This document shows positions 37,574-48,267 of a stretch of DNA of 64,000 nt, piece by piece. Made by a program: the position numbers and the translations under genes. Origin of the DNA: Marsupella aquatica (Eukaryota > Plantae > Marchantiophyta); the NCBI GenBank assembly GCA_973895155.1, contig OZ316897.1, forward strand, positions 9,757,832-9,821,831. Reading direction: 5' to 3'. The notes beneath the pieces were generated by a model. It had not been told where the DNA came from. It saw only the letters and a program-made list of their open reading frames with translations, and did not search any database. Numbering within the stretch: position 1 is the stretch's first letter; each line of letters opens with the position of its first letter.

Positions 37574-38292
37574 CTAGTCATGGGTACTTGGGATATCAGA
37601 ACCCTCTGGGATGACATGGCGAGTACAATAAATCATGCGCCACTATCCAATGTCCCAGGTGTCTCGGCCCCTCACCCTTCTCCTCAAGTGCCTGTCTGTT
37701 GTTGGTCCTTCATCACGACACCATGCACGAGGGCATCTACGACATTGGACAAAATCCCAAATGCCCTCCCGATACTCCTTACAGACCTCACAATAATGTC
37801 GTGGGCATATAAGAGCATCGGGATGTGCATCAGGGTTATCTGGATGGCGGGTGAAAGGCATTTCCCCCAATCGCAGAAGTGTCCGAAGACAACCCACATG
37901 GTAAAATGAGTAGCAGTCATCATGAGAACACTGGATCACAAGGGGCTTGTCTGTGGTGGGTCTCAAGGTTCTGCCAAGGAGTCCACAACCAAAACATCTT
38001 CCTCTGTTTTGCTGATAGAGGTCACAAAGCCAAGCTGCAGCCCAATCATGACCTTTGGAAATGACAATCCGCTGACATGTAGGTCCATGGCCATCTTCCT
38101 CATCGGGGTTGTGCCATCTTCCTCATCGGGGTTGTGGCCATCAACTACATAATGAAAATGGTGACCACAAGGGCCATCACAGAACAAAACAGTTCCTCCC
38201 TCATCACATTCAAAACAGCAAGGGGGATCCATACGAAGGTGCTCCCTATGCCCAAATCTTGGATCTAGCAACTGACGAGCAATGTGTGCCAT
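37574..38292 (-). pseudogene. Second stand-alone EDM2-like composite PHD-finger gene (cargo of the P-like element), disrupted by a 23-bp tandem duplication and one stop
   Basis: Removing one copy of CCATCTTCCTCATCGGGGTTGTG (38091-38136) gives one frame: CFECDEGG..FCDGPCGHHFH...WLCDLY...RCFGC...QCSHDDCYSFYHVGC...ICPRHYCEVC...VQCRRCPRAW...DTWDIG*WRMIYCTRH. Confidence 0.85.
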
Positions 38293-38466
38293 GCTGAACA
38301 AGATCTGCAAAATTACCTTCAAAAATTAGGGGCAGGCAGAGGGGCAGGCATGTGATGTACCAGAAGGAGCGATAGTCCACCAGCAATCATAGCCAGTAGG
38401 CACCACCAGGGGCATGACTTCCCTGTGGGCTCCTTTGATCCATCCTGCAAAGTGAGCAATGCAGAA

Positions 38467-39042
38467 TCAGAAGTCAACAACTTGAGTGTGCATCACCATC
38501 ATGGGCAGAACCTGGACGTGTCCCACCACAGACACAATCATTGATGAAATGATAGGTGTTCCACGCCAGGCAACCACCCATGACATTCTTGCCATGTACT
38601 GTGCAAAAGTCTGCACTATGTTAGAGTCACCTCCCCTACAACGATCACATGTCTGGGTGTGACAATGGAGACAAGCCTCCAAGAAGACACGGTCCTCATC
38701 TAGCACCCCATCTGTCTGTTTAACTAGACGGATACTGTTTGGGGCTGGTGGGGATGTACTTAGCCTCCGGTAATGGTTGCGAGGCATAGATGGATAGCCC
38801 CAGGTCACAGCACAGTCTGTAGGCACGATCCCAGAATGGATCATCTTCACACGAAAGCGCTCACCCTTCTGTCGATGGTACTCAGACAATACACTACGTG
38901 TGACTACCATCTTCAGTGCAGTACACAGAGATTGTGCCCACTCCAACAAAATGACAAGGCCACAACAAACAAGGTATCGGGATTGACCTTAGCAAGGGCC
39001 TGAACACAACCTCCCCAATTCCCGACTTCTACCAATTGATCC
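38467..39042 (-). other. Unidentified ORF or exon between the BRCT and PHD cargo genes
   Basis: 160-aa ORF (CLHC..TCDRC) downstream of a TTGCAG acceptor at about 39043; no family recognised. Confidence 0.3.
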
Positions 39043-39295
39043 CTGCAAGAAAGAAAGGGAGTTGAAGTTATATTTCATGCATACAAGTATCAAACAAACA
39101 TACAGAGTAGATAGTGTCCAAAAATAGACAGACTCCAATATGCAAACATTTGCATCAGACAAGCAGGTCTTTATTATGTAAACTGCACCAAACACAAGGA
39201 TACACTTGGAAAACGTAACCAGTCCTATATACACCTGCGTTTGGGTATGATCAAGTTTACACTTTGCCAAAGGGCATTTGCCTCATCCTGTTTAA

Positions 39296-39691
39296 TCATT
39301 CTAGTTTCCTCTTGGTATTGTGAGCCTCAGATTCCACCTCAGTCAACATTAAGTTGAAAGGGCCTTCTTGCAGACGTACCCCTACCTTTAAGGATTCACA
39401 CATCCATTCAAATGAGACAACTTTCATTGTCTGATTTTGAACAAAGTGATTCACATCAGACCAGGACCATGTGGACAGGACTGCTTTCCATGAATCGGCA
39501 ACAATGTGAGTGGTCTTGGTGGATAGAATATCACATTGTCCACCATGACGTTCTATCAGCTTTCTGTGAAAGACTTGAAAACGAGCTTTGGAAAATCCAT
39601 TTTGAACTAAGATGGCATTCACGCCTTGGAAAATGGGGTTTGATACTGAACTAGGTGTGGCTTTTTGTGGAATGGCTTGTCTACGACTTAT
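39296..39691 (-). pseudogene. BRCT domain, DNA polymerase lambda N-terminal type (cargo of the P-like element); start codon apparently ATG>ATA
   Basis: IFQGVNAILVQNGFSKARFQVFHRKLIERHGG....STKTTHIVA...KVVSFEWMCESLK.G..L.E..F.L shows the BRCT hallmarks (F.G, GG, THIV, W..ES) and the G...R.Q....KL helix recalled from plant Pol lambda. Confidence 0.8.
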
Positions 39692-42362
39692 GGTACACTA
39701 AACCATAAACTATAAGAAACCGTCAGCTACTCTGCAACAAAATGAAGCTTACTTGAATCCTCCAAACAGATGCCTAGAATTGCTGCTCTGTGATAATTCA
39801 ATACAAAACCCTTGCACAAGTCCCACACACAACAAAAAGCTCAATAAAACATCAATAGTCTCAACATACACCAAAAGCTTAGTACAGTGAAAGTGAATGA
39901 GGACCGCAAACTCTCTCACTGCGACACTCTTTACAGTCTCACCAGAAATGCTTTGAAAAACAAAAATGCCGGGTTAAATAAACTGCACAGGTAAACCAGG
40001 TTCTCTATCACATTGACAAACAAGCTTTCTTTCATAGTCCGAGGGTCTGTCTGTCTACTATCAGTTTTTTGCTAACATGTTCCAACTCTGATAGGAGACC
40101 CCCCCTGAGAGATTATCAGTTTTTTGCTAACTATGTGCATTCTGCTAAGCCAAGCTGCAAGTAAACATAGTTAGCAGAATTTCATTCACTTTGGAACCCA
40201 CAAAAAGAGTTGCTATATGAATAGCAATGTTCTTACCTTCACAGCACAGTCAGTGCAGGATTGGATTGGATCTGATTTGGATGGCGAGCACCGAGCACCG
40301 ATCACAACGAAGATCAAGCACCGATCACCAACCAAGCAGCACTCACCAAGAAAGCACCGATGTCTCTTGCTGAGTTCACCCTAAATGGACAATCTTGCCA
40401 ATGCGAGTGGGGATCAGATGCACAACTTTTTAGAAGCTTCTATAACTGAACAAGCTGGATTTCAGGGTGGCTCTTTTCAAGGCAATGCAAGCACATAGGC
40501 TTGTGACTGTGACAACATAGACTCTGTTTGTATGGAAACTTCCAATTACAAACTCACAGGAGTGATAGATTCTAACCTGGCAGATCAAACACTTCCTTCT
40601 ATCTTCTGCCCTCACCAAGCATCCCTTCTAGGTCCGCGTTTGTCTGCAAGCAATATCACACAGCTCAACCCCGCAACTAAAGAACCAGACAACAACAGAC
40701 ATCTAGCCAGCATCGCCCTCCAGACCTCTTCAATGAAAGGAAAGACCACGTCGCAGGTACAGAGGAAATGCTAGCAAAAAATAGCAACATCAATGTGCGA
40801 CAACATTTGCAATAGGAGCGACCTCCAAGGGGACATAGAAGCTCAGAGTATCACCTTCTTTCTGCCAATCCGAGCTCTGTAAAGTAGTGTCTGAAACCAA
40901 GTAGCAGTCGACCTCCACATGCCTCCACAGTCTACCTACTCTCCAAACTTGCACAGCAATAGTCCTTCCGCCCTCCAAACTTGCCGCAACAGCAGTCCTC
41001 CCAATTGTCTCAAAGAGAATGGACGGACCTCTAAAACTGTGGCAGCAACAATCCTCGTGGCCTCCACAGTTGACTACAGCTCCAGCTTGCAGCAGCACAC
41101 AACAATCAACCTTTGATTTCTCACAAAGAACATGGAGAGCCTCTGAACTCGCGCCAACAACAGTCCTCCCGACCTCCTCAGTCAACTAGAGCTCCTCTTG
41201 AATGAAACGAAAAGACCATGTCGCAGGCAAAGAGGAAATGCTAGCAAACAAATAGCAATTGACATCAATGTGCGACAGCATTTGCAAGAGGAGCAACCTC
41301 CAAGGGGCCACATAAGCTAGGAGCATCACCTGCTTTCCGCCAACCTTTCTCTGTAGCGTTGTCGTCCTCCTAACACATATCAAAAAGAAACATAAGAAGA
41401 AGCAGTACGCAGGGAAACAAGCAAAAAGCTATGGTGGAAACCTGATCAGTTTCTATCAAGCTTGATCCAAACCAAGTAACAGTCGGCCTCGACAATGTAC
41501 CTCCTCTGAAAACTCGCACCAGAACTCGTGGCAACAGCAATACTCAGTCTACCCCGATCCTCTCCTTGGTCCTCTCCTATGTCGCGGCAACGCAGCGCAG
41601 TCGAATGATCCTCCAAAGTCACGGCAGCGCAGCGCAGTCCCGATTGTCACGAAGAAATTAAACTTGAAGATCCTCCAATATCATGGTAGCGCAGCGCAGC
41701 CCTCTCGATTGTCACAAAGAGAGTCACGGCAGTGCAACGCAACCCTCCCAATTCGCACAAAGAAAGTGAACATTGAATTTGAAACTCAATGTTCGCGCGT
41801 CCTCCCCCATCCTTGGGCCCACAATCCCCATCTCTAAGCCGCCACCCAGGCCATTATTAACCGTTCGATCTTAACCCTAAACATGGACGGCCCTCGCAAA
41901 CCCCGAGTGGTATCATTGTTCCCCCGAGGCTAGGGTCCCTTAACCCACTTTAGACCCCGTCCCAATAAATCAAAAACTGAAATCCTTCACAATATAGTTT
42001 TTGGACAAAAGTTTGGTTACAATAGGGCAAAAATTGAAACATTCATGTTGCAGCAAAAAATCATATGTACCACCTAAAACCACGTGTTGCAATTACAAGG
42101 AGACACGTGGTCCAACCTAAACATGACGCCTGTCGCATGAACATATGGCAATAAATTCCCTAACTTTCCTGGACACCTTCCGTGCAATATGTCCCATATA
42201 AAAAATGCCTATTGTTCTTTAAAGCATCCCAACAATTAAAATAGACCCTTTTGTTCTTCCACCAAACTTTGGAAGTCTTCCGCTGAACCCAATTAAATGG
42301 CCCTATACTTCGTCGCACGTGATGTGGCACTTCCGTGGAAGTGACCCCCCCGAGGTCATGAT

Positions 42363-42758
42363 GCAGTTCATGACAGGAGAGATGGAGAAGCTCCGGGCTT
42401 GGAGCCGGTTCCTGTGATGGAACAAGAGGAGAAAATTGTTGATGGGGTACCTCAAATTCAACCAGCAGCAGTAGCAGATCAGCCTGAATCATCTACTAAA
42501 AGAACTTCCAGTCATTCTACTAGAGCTCCTACCAGGTATGGTCAATGGGCAGACTCATCTAAGCTAGATGATATTGACATTGCACCTGATGAAGATGATA
42601 TGGCTTTGATCTTGGAAGAAGGAGAGCCTTCTTCGTACAGTGAGGCTTGTGCTTCAGAGTAGAAGCATGAGTGGAATGCAACAATGCAAAGGGAGTTGCA
42701 ATCTTTGAGTGACAACAAGACATGGGAGCTGGTGGAGCTTCCAAGAGGTCAGCAAGTG
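42363..42758 (+). pseudogene. Copia IN-RT linker and RT N-terminus
   Basis: STRAPTRY, EPSSYSEA, W..TMQREL.SL...TWELVELP motifs. Confidence 0.88.
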
Positions 42759-45521
42759 CTCGGGGGTTTCACTTCCACAAAAATGGCACATCACGTGCGA
42801 CGAAGGATAGGGTCATTTTATTGGTTTGAAGGGAAGACTTAAGAATTTTTGTAGAAGAACAATAAGGTCTTTTAAATTCAATTTTGAGACTTATAAGAAC
42901 ATTAACACGTTGACGGACCAAACGAGAAGTGTGACAGGCTTCTCGTTTGGGCCACCCCAAATTTTTTTTAAGTGTAAAACGCGACATGATACAAACCAAG
43001 ATTTCCTACAAAATCAAACATTTTCAAGCGCAAAATCAAAACATCTCAAACTTTGACTAGTGAACCTTATGAAACGAGGTAAAATGACATTTTGTATCAC
43101 CAAGTTTTATGGAGGCAATACGAAATATGATACGGGGCATCACATTTCACATTCCTTAACAAGTAAATTCGATGTGATTGCTTTATCAATAGAGAATATT
43201 CCAAAAAGATACCAACTATGATCAAGTTAACCCATTAATAATTGTACTATGGTAAAACTTAACTCGACCACAATACAAACTAAACTAGGCTGAATCTGAA
43301 AAGTATAAATAAAGGACCACAAAAAATAATTAGCTTCATAATTTTGTTTTGTGTCCTCTAACCCATGTTACTCCTTCCTCAATGTTGAAAGCAATTGTCC
43401 ATACAAACCCGGATTCAACAAGGCCACCGACTAAAATGCTAGTAGTTATCCTCACTTATCCTCCTTTTCCTTTACTTCAAACCCAAATCTGATTCTTCGT
43501 ATCACATTTCAGATTCTTAATGTTACTTTACCATTCAAAAGTGATAGAGTACTCTTGAAAGCAAAACCCAAATCTGATACGCTCTATCACATTTTGGATT
43601 CCTAAAGGGTTGAAAGAGGTATTAGTTTGAGTGGGAAATGAGGGTATTGGGCTTGAGAATTAGATTTTGGATATACTTGCTTGAACAATCCAAAATCTGA
43701 TACGTGTATCAGATTTTGTATTCTTTATAGAGATTTTTTAATTTTGTTCCGATGATCATCCTTTGCATTCCAATGCGAATTCCTGGTGATTTTGAATCTG
43801 GTGTCCGTATTCCTATATCCAATTATGCTCTCATCACGGACGAGACTTGCTTTCTCTCTGTTCTAAATTGAACAAATGCTTCCGGGGATCCTAAAGGTGG
43901 GCCAATCTGACTTCGTTGACATGAAAACTGAGTAGACGACGTTTATCTGGTTTAGTGGGTGAGACGTAGTATGAAGAAATGTCTTTGTCACTTCCCTCTA
44001 AATCGGAGTCTTTAATGTCTACTTGGGGCTCCACTCGCTTAGAGGGTGGAAGTTTGGCTTGCAAATGAGAAGGAATAAATCTATGAACAATCCTAGGGGA
44101 GGATTGGATGGAACTAGCAATGCTTTCTTCTGACTCAGAGCTAGACCTGGTTATCATAAAGTCTATACAACCCATGTTTCCTCACAGGATGTGCCTCTAC
44201 GACTGTTTAAATACTACAAAATTTTCAAAATCTTGAGCGCCCCACAAATGAAAAATATGAAGGTCCTATGAAAGTGAAGCTCAAAATTTGATGACGGACC
44301 ATGCTTTTATAGTTTTGGGGTTGTGTTTGCCATGTGGCATAGCTTGATTGGTTTTCACTCAGAGACAAAATATAGAAATGATCTGGTTTCCAGAATTTTG
44401 AGAGCATTATAATCTAGGTATCATGGTTAGGATTATACTCAATGTTTTGCTTCTAGTGACAAATGGACTGACCAGGTGTTTTGATAGGAGGTTTTTGTGT
44501 GTTCGCAATAATTCTGATCTGTGTATCATGATTGTAATTCCTCTCAAGGTTTGGAGGACTGGAAAATAATTTAAAGCATGTTTTTGAAGATGTGTTTTGA
44601 GTTTGGGAACCCATTGATCCAAGGATCACAAATTGAATTCCTCCCATTATTTTATGCGCTAGAAAATTATTTGTATTTTCAATGGGTAGTTTTGTGTATT
44701 GGCAACAATCCATGATCCGTGGATCATGGTTGGGATTAGGTTTGATGGTTTGAATCGCGCAACAGTGTCATTTAGTTGTGAGTCTTAGCTTAACCGGAAG
44801 TGAGTTAAAGTAACTGACTATGGATGTAACTGCGCGGTTGCGTGGTAGTCCCCAAACCTTGGGTTCACATGACGATCAAATTTGGAGTTTTGGGTATCTT
44901 TCAATTCATAAATTATTACCGTTATTTTGAATTTGTTGTCAAACATCGTTTGGGCAGGTTGCAAAAGTCAATTCGTAAACTGAATCCAAAATTTGATACG
45001 CGGTATCACTTTTGGTATGTGAAAAGTTAAGCGTACTGTTGCTTATCATAAAAAATTTAGTTTTTGGTCAAAATCTTGAGTTTGGAAACAATTGCAAAAA
45101 TTTATCTAACACATTTTATTTTTCCAAATGTGTGTATTCTAGTCTCTAGTCTCTCGCAAAACATGACATCCAAATATTTTATTTCCAGATCATTAGTTTA
45201 GCTCCCAAAATGTCACTAGGCACAATACGAAAACTGATCCATTTCTTAATTTTTTTCAAAAAAGCTTGTTTTAACAAAAAAACATGTTTTGTATCACCAT
45301 TTTTTGCAAAATCTGAAGAGGCTTCTCGTTTGGTGGTCACACTTCTCGTTTGGTCCGTCAACGTGTTCATTAGGGTCTTTCTAACCAAATTTTTGGAATA
45401 TTCCAAGAATATTCTAACTTTATAAGGGTTGAAAATAATTTTTTTTCTTACATTTTAGGGGGTCCAAGGCCTAAAAACGTCGCAGGGGATGGGGAGGCAT
45501 CCATATAGTGAGACCCCCGAG
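42759..45521 (+). mobile_element. MITE of the CTCGGGGG-TIR family (295 bp net) containing a nested 2.46-kb TIR element
   Basis: TIRs CTCGGGGGTTTCACT / AGTGAGACCCCCGAG; 8-bp TSD AGCAAGTG at 42751-42758 and 45522-45529. Confidence 0.95.
42904..45367. mobile_element. Non-autonomous DNA element with perfect 32-bp TIRs and a 4-bp TSD; superfamily unassigned
   Basis: AACACGTTGACGGACCAAACGAGAAGTGTGAC at 42904-42935 and its exact reverse complement at 45336-45367; CATT duplicated at 42900-42903 and 45368-45371; the empty site AAGAACATTAGGG is present in the 14416 MITE. Confidence 0.92.
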
Positions 45522-45529
45522 AGCAAGTG

Positions 45530-46969
45530 GTGGACAGCAAGTGGATTTACAAGTTGAAGGACAGTCCTTCAGAGGGTGGAGATAAGATCTACAAGGCAAG
45601 GCTTGTTGCCAAGGGATTCACTCAGGAGAAAGGAGTGGATTACAATGAGGTCTTTTCACCGGTGGCTAAGTATTCCACAATTCGGATCTTGTGTCAGCTG
45701 GTTGTGTTTTTTGGTCTAGTGATGTATCAGATGGATGTTGTTACTGCTTTTCTCTATGACAACTTGGAAGAGATGATCTTCATGAGACAGCCACTAGGCT
45801 TTATGAAGAAGGGCCAAGAGAACTTAGTTTGCAGATTGCTCAAGTCCTTGAATGTATGGATTGAAGAAATCTCCCAGACAGTGGAACAAGCGGTTTGATG
45901 ATTTCATGTTTGCTCAAGATTTTACAAGGATGGTGTATGATCCTTGTGTGTATACGAAACCAATCAAGAATGATGTGTTTGGTTTCATCATTCTGGTTAT
46001 CTATGTGGATGACATGCAGATAGTGGCTAAAGATCAATCTGAGGTTGACAAACTCAAGGCAAAATTGAGTTCTGAAATCAGGATGAAGGATCTTGGTAAG
46101 GCCAAGAGGATCTTAGGGATGGAGATTTTTAGGAACTCTGATACTTGACAGTTGTGCTTGAGTCAAGGCCACTATGCGAGAAAAGTACTTGCACGATTCA
46201 ACATGGAGAACTGTAAGCCAGTGAGTATTCCTTTAGCTTCACATTTCAAGTTATCATCGACTTTCTCTCCTACGGATGCTGTGGAGAAAGGTCTGATGGC
46301 TAAGATTCCTTATGAGCAGGCAGTAGGCAGTCTGATGTATTTGATGACTTGTACTAGGCCTGACTTGGCCCTAGCGATGGGCAAGGTTAGCAGATTCATG
46401 TCAAATCCAGGGAAGGTACATTGGGAAGCTGTGAAATGGATTCTCAGGTATCTGAAGGGTACACAGGACTATGGATTACTATTTGATGCCAAATCAGATA
46501 GAACGTTAGTTGGCTATGTAGATTCTGACTATGGAGGCTGTCTGGACACAAGGAGGTCTACAACTGGGTTTGTATTTACTCTTGGAGGAGGATGTATCAG
46601 TTGGAAATCTACCTTGCAGAAGTGTATATCTCAGTCTATTACAGAAGCAGAGTATGTTGCAGCAGCAGAAGCAGCAAAGGAAACAATTTGGTTGGACAAG
46701 TTGATCGTTGAGATGGGTTTAGAGCATGGCAAAATGTCTCTAAATGTGATAGTCAGAGTGCTCCTCACTTGGCTGCTAACCAGGTGATGGATAGCAAGGT
46801 GAAGCACATTGATATCAGGTACCATTTTATCAGGCAAGCAGTGTCTGATAAAATTTTTGAGCTAGTCAAGATTAATGGAAAGCTCAATCCCGTTGATGCC
46901 TTTACCAAAGTGATTCCTTTGGAGAGTTTCTCAAGACACCGTGCTACTTTGCAGGTTTTGCAGTTGTAG
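45530..46969 (+). pseudogene. Copia reverse transcriptase (RVT_2) and RNase H
   Basis: SKWIYK..KARLVAKGFTQ..GVDYNEVFSPV, QMDVVTAFL, YGLK.SPRQW, YVDD, GYVDSDYGG, KHIDIRYHFIR; several frameshifts and stops. Confidence 0.95.
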
Positions 46970-47169
46970 TGTAAGTAGAGAGAGTTATTTAGCAATGTGT
47001 GACTATTTGTATATGGATTACTCATTCCAGTTTGGCTACGGCTTAGTTCTAGTTAACCCTTAATTAACCCTTGTGGTTTTTAGGGGGAGACTTGTTTAGG
47101 TGATTGTCTAGAACTTTTCGTTGAGGATTCCATATGGTAACATTTAGTGCAGTCCCCAAGACAAGAGTC

Positions 47170-47178
47170 AAGGGGGAG
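47170..47178 (+). promoter_or_regulatory. Polypurine tract
   Basis: AAGGGGGAG just before the 3' LTR. Confidence 0.9.
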
Positions 47179-47180
47179 TT

Positions 47181-47523
47181 TGTTAGATATTGCTCTAGTC
47201 TTGTGACTCACGAGCTAACCTCAGTTAGTCTAACTCGGGTTAGGACTTAGCTAATGTTAGCGGTAGTGCTGTTGTGTATTAAGCCAGGGCTGATGCCAGA
47301 CCCTGGGTGGAACTTAGGCTCGTTGTTACGGAGGTAGTTGAGAGATAGGGAGCTTGTGTTGTGGATGTTTGGTATGGCCGTTCGGCCTAGAGTGCAGTAA
47401 AGCTCTTGTGTGTTCCCGTGGACGTAGTCTCATGTGGAGGTGAACCACGTATCTCTCTGTGTCGACTCTTGTGCGTTGGATGGTTCATGGGCTTGCAATT
47501 GTGAATGTCATCTATGTTCAACA
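47181..47523 (+). repeat. 3' LTR of copia (343 bp)
   Basis: Direct repeat of 1523-1867, followed by TSD GTTTC. Confidence 0.97.
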
Positions 47524-47751
47524 GTTTCATGCACTTTGGGGGTTTGAGGTATGAGAACTCTAATCATGTGTATAACCTGAGAAGACATAAAGTGGAAGTG
47601 CATAAGAATTTTAAATCCACTTATGGGATAGTGCACAATGGTTTGGATTGGTAATTCACTTTTTTTCCTTGTAAATGCACACATATCTCACAAATATTTG
47701 AAAATGTTTTTTTCTTCCAATGTTTATGATTGTGAATTCTCATATTATCAT

Positions 47752-48267
47752 TGTAAAAGCATACATATCTTACAAAATTTTGAATATACGCCCTTTGTAA
47801 ATCCTAAATACTATAAAGCATGTCGTGCGCATACACATCGCTACACAACATACATGGCTTGTCACATACATCCAGACATAGTCATACTGCCACATCGCAA
47901 ACACAAGAGAATGGAATACAAGTGGAACCCATGTCCACACATGTCTAAAACCCACAGTAATCTCAATACAATCGGCACAACGATCCTGGTCAACAATACC
48001 CCATCGATCCCGCACCGATCCGATCACACACGTATGTCAAGCCAACGCACCTTGCACTACTCAAGGAATTCACGTTACACAAGCGGAGCTCACAACCACC
48101 ATAGCCACACTCAAGCTCCTCTCTCTCCAAGACTCAACATTGAAAGATGACCTTTCAATGTCTCACAAGTGAGAACTACCCTCTCACACAAACTTGACGG
48201 AACCTTATCGGCTCATATAACACACATACCAAACATACGGATCTAGATAGTACGATACACTCTAACA
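47752..48267 (-). mobile_element. Possible solo-LTR-like fragment
   Basis: Minus strand begins TGTTAGAG and has LTR-like composition; no TSD found, so boundaries are uncertain. Confidence 0.25.

Larger units (their letters stand above)
24592..42354 (-). mobile_element. Large TIR DNA transposon with a P-element-superfamily-like transposase and cargo genes (17.8 kb; about 10.35 kb without the LINE)
   Basis: TIRs CTCGGGGGGGGTCACT / AGTGACCCCCCCGAG; 8-bp TSD GTCATGAT at 24584-24591 and 42355-42362; subterminal ~150 bp homologous to both MITEs; all recognisable ORFs are on the minus strand. Confidence 0.93.
1523..47523 (+). mobile_element. Ty1/copia LTR retrotransposon (Tnt1/Tork-like), degenerate, host of three large nested insertions
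   Basis: TG...CA LTRs at 1523-1867 and 47181-47523; 5-bp TSD GTTTC at 1518-1522 and 47524-47528; PBS and PPT present; gag-PR-IN-RT-RH order. The reading frame resumes across each insertion (KSKK|CIFLGY at 5790/24392; GQQV|VDSKWIYK at 42758/45530). Confidence 0.97.

Noticed and set aside
24592-42354. hAT assignment based on the 8-bp TSD
   Set aside because: TIRs lack the hAT (C/T)AG start, and no D.W, CxxH, TRW or hATC ER.FS dimerisation motif is seen; the motifs fit P-like better.
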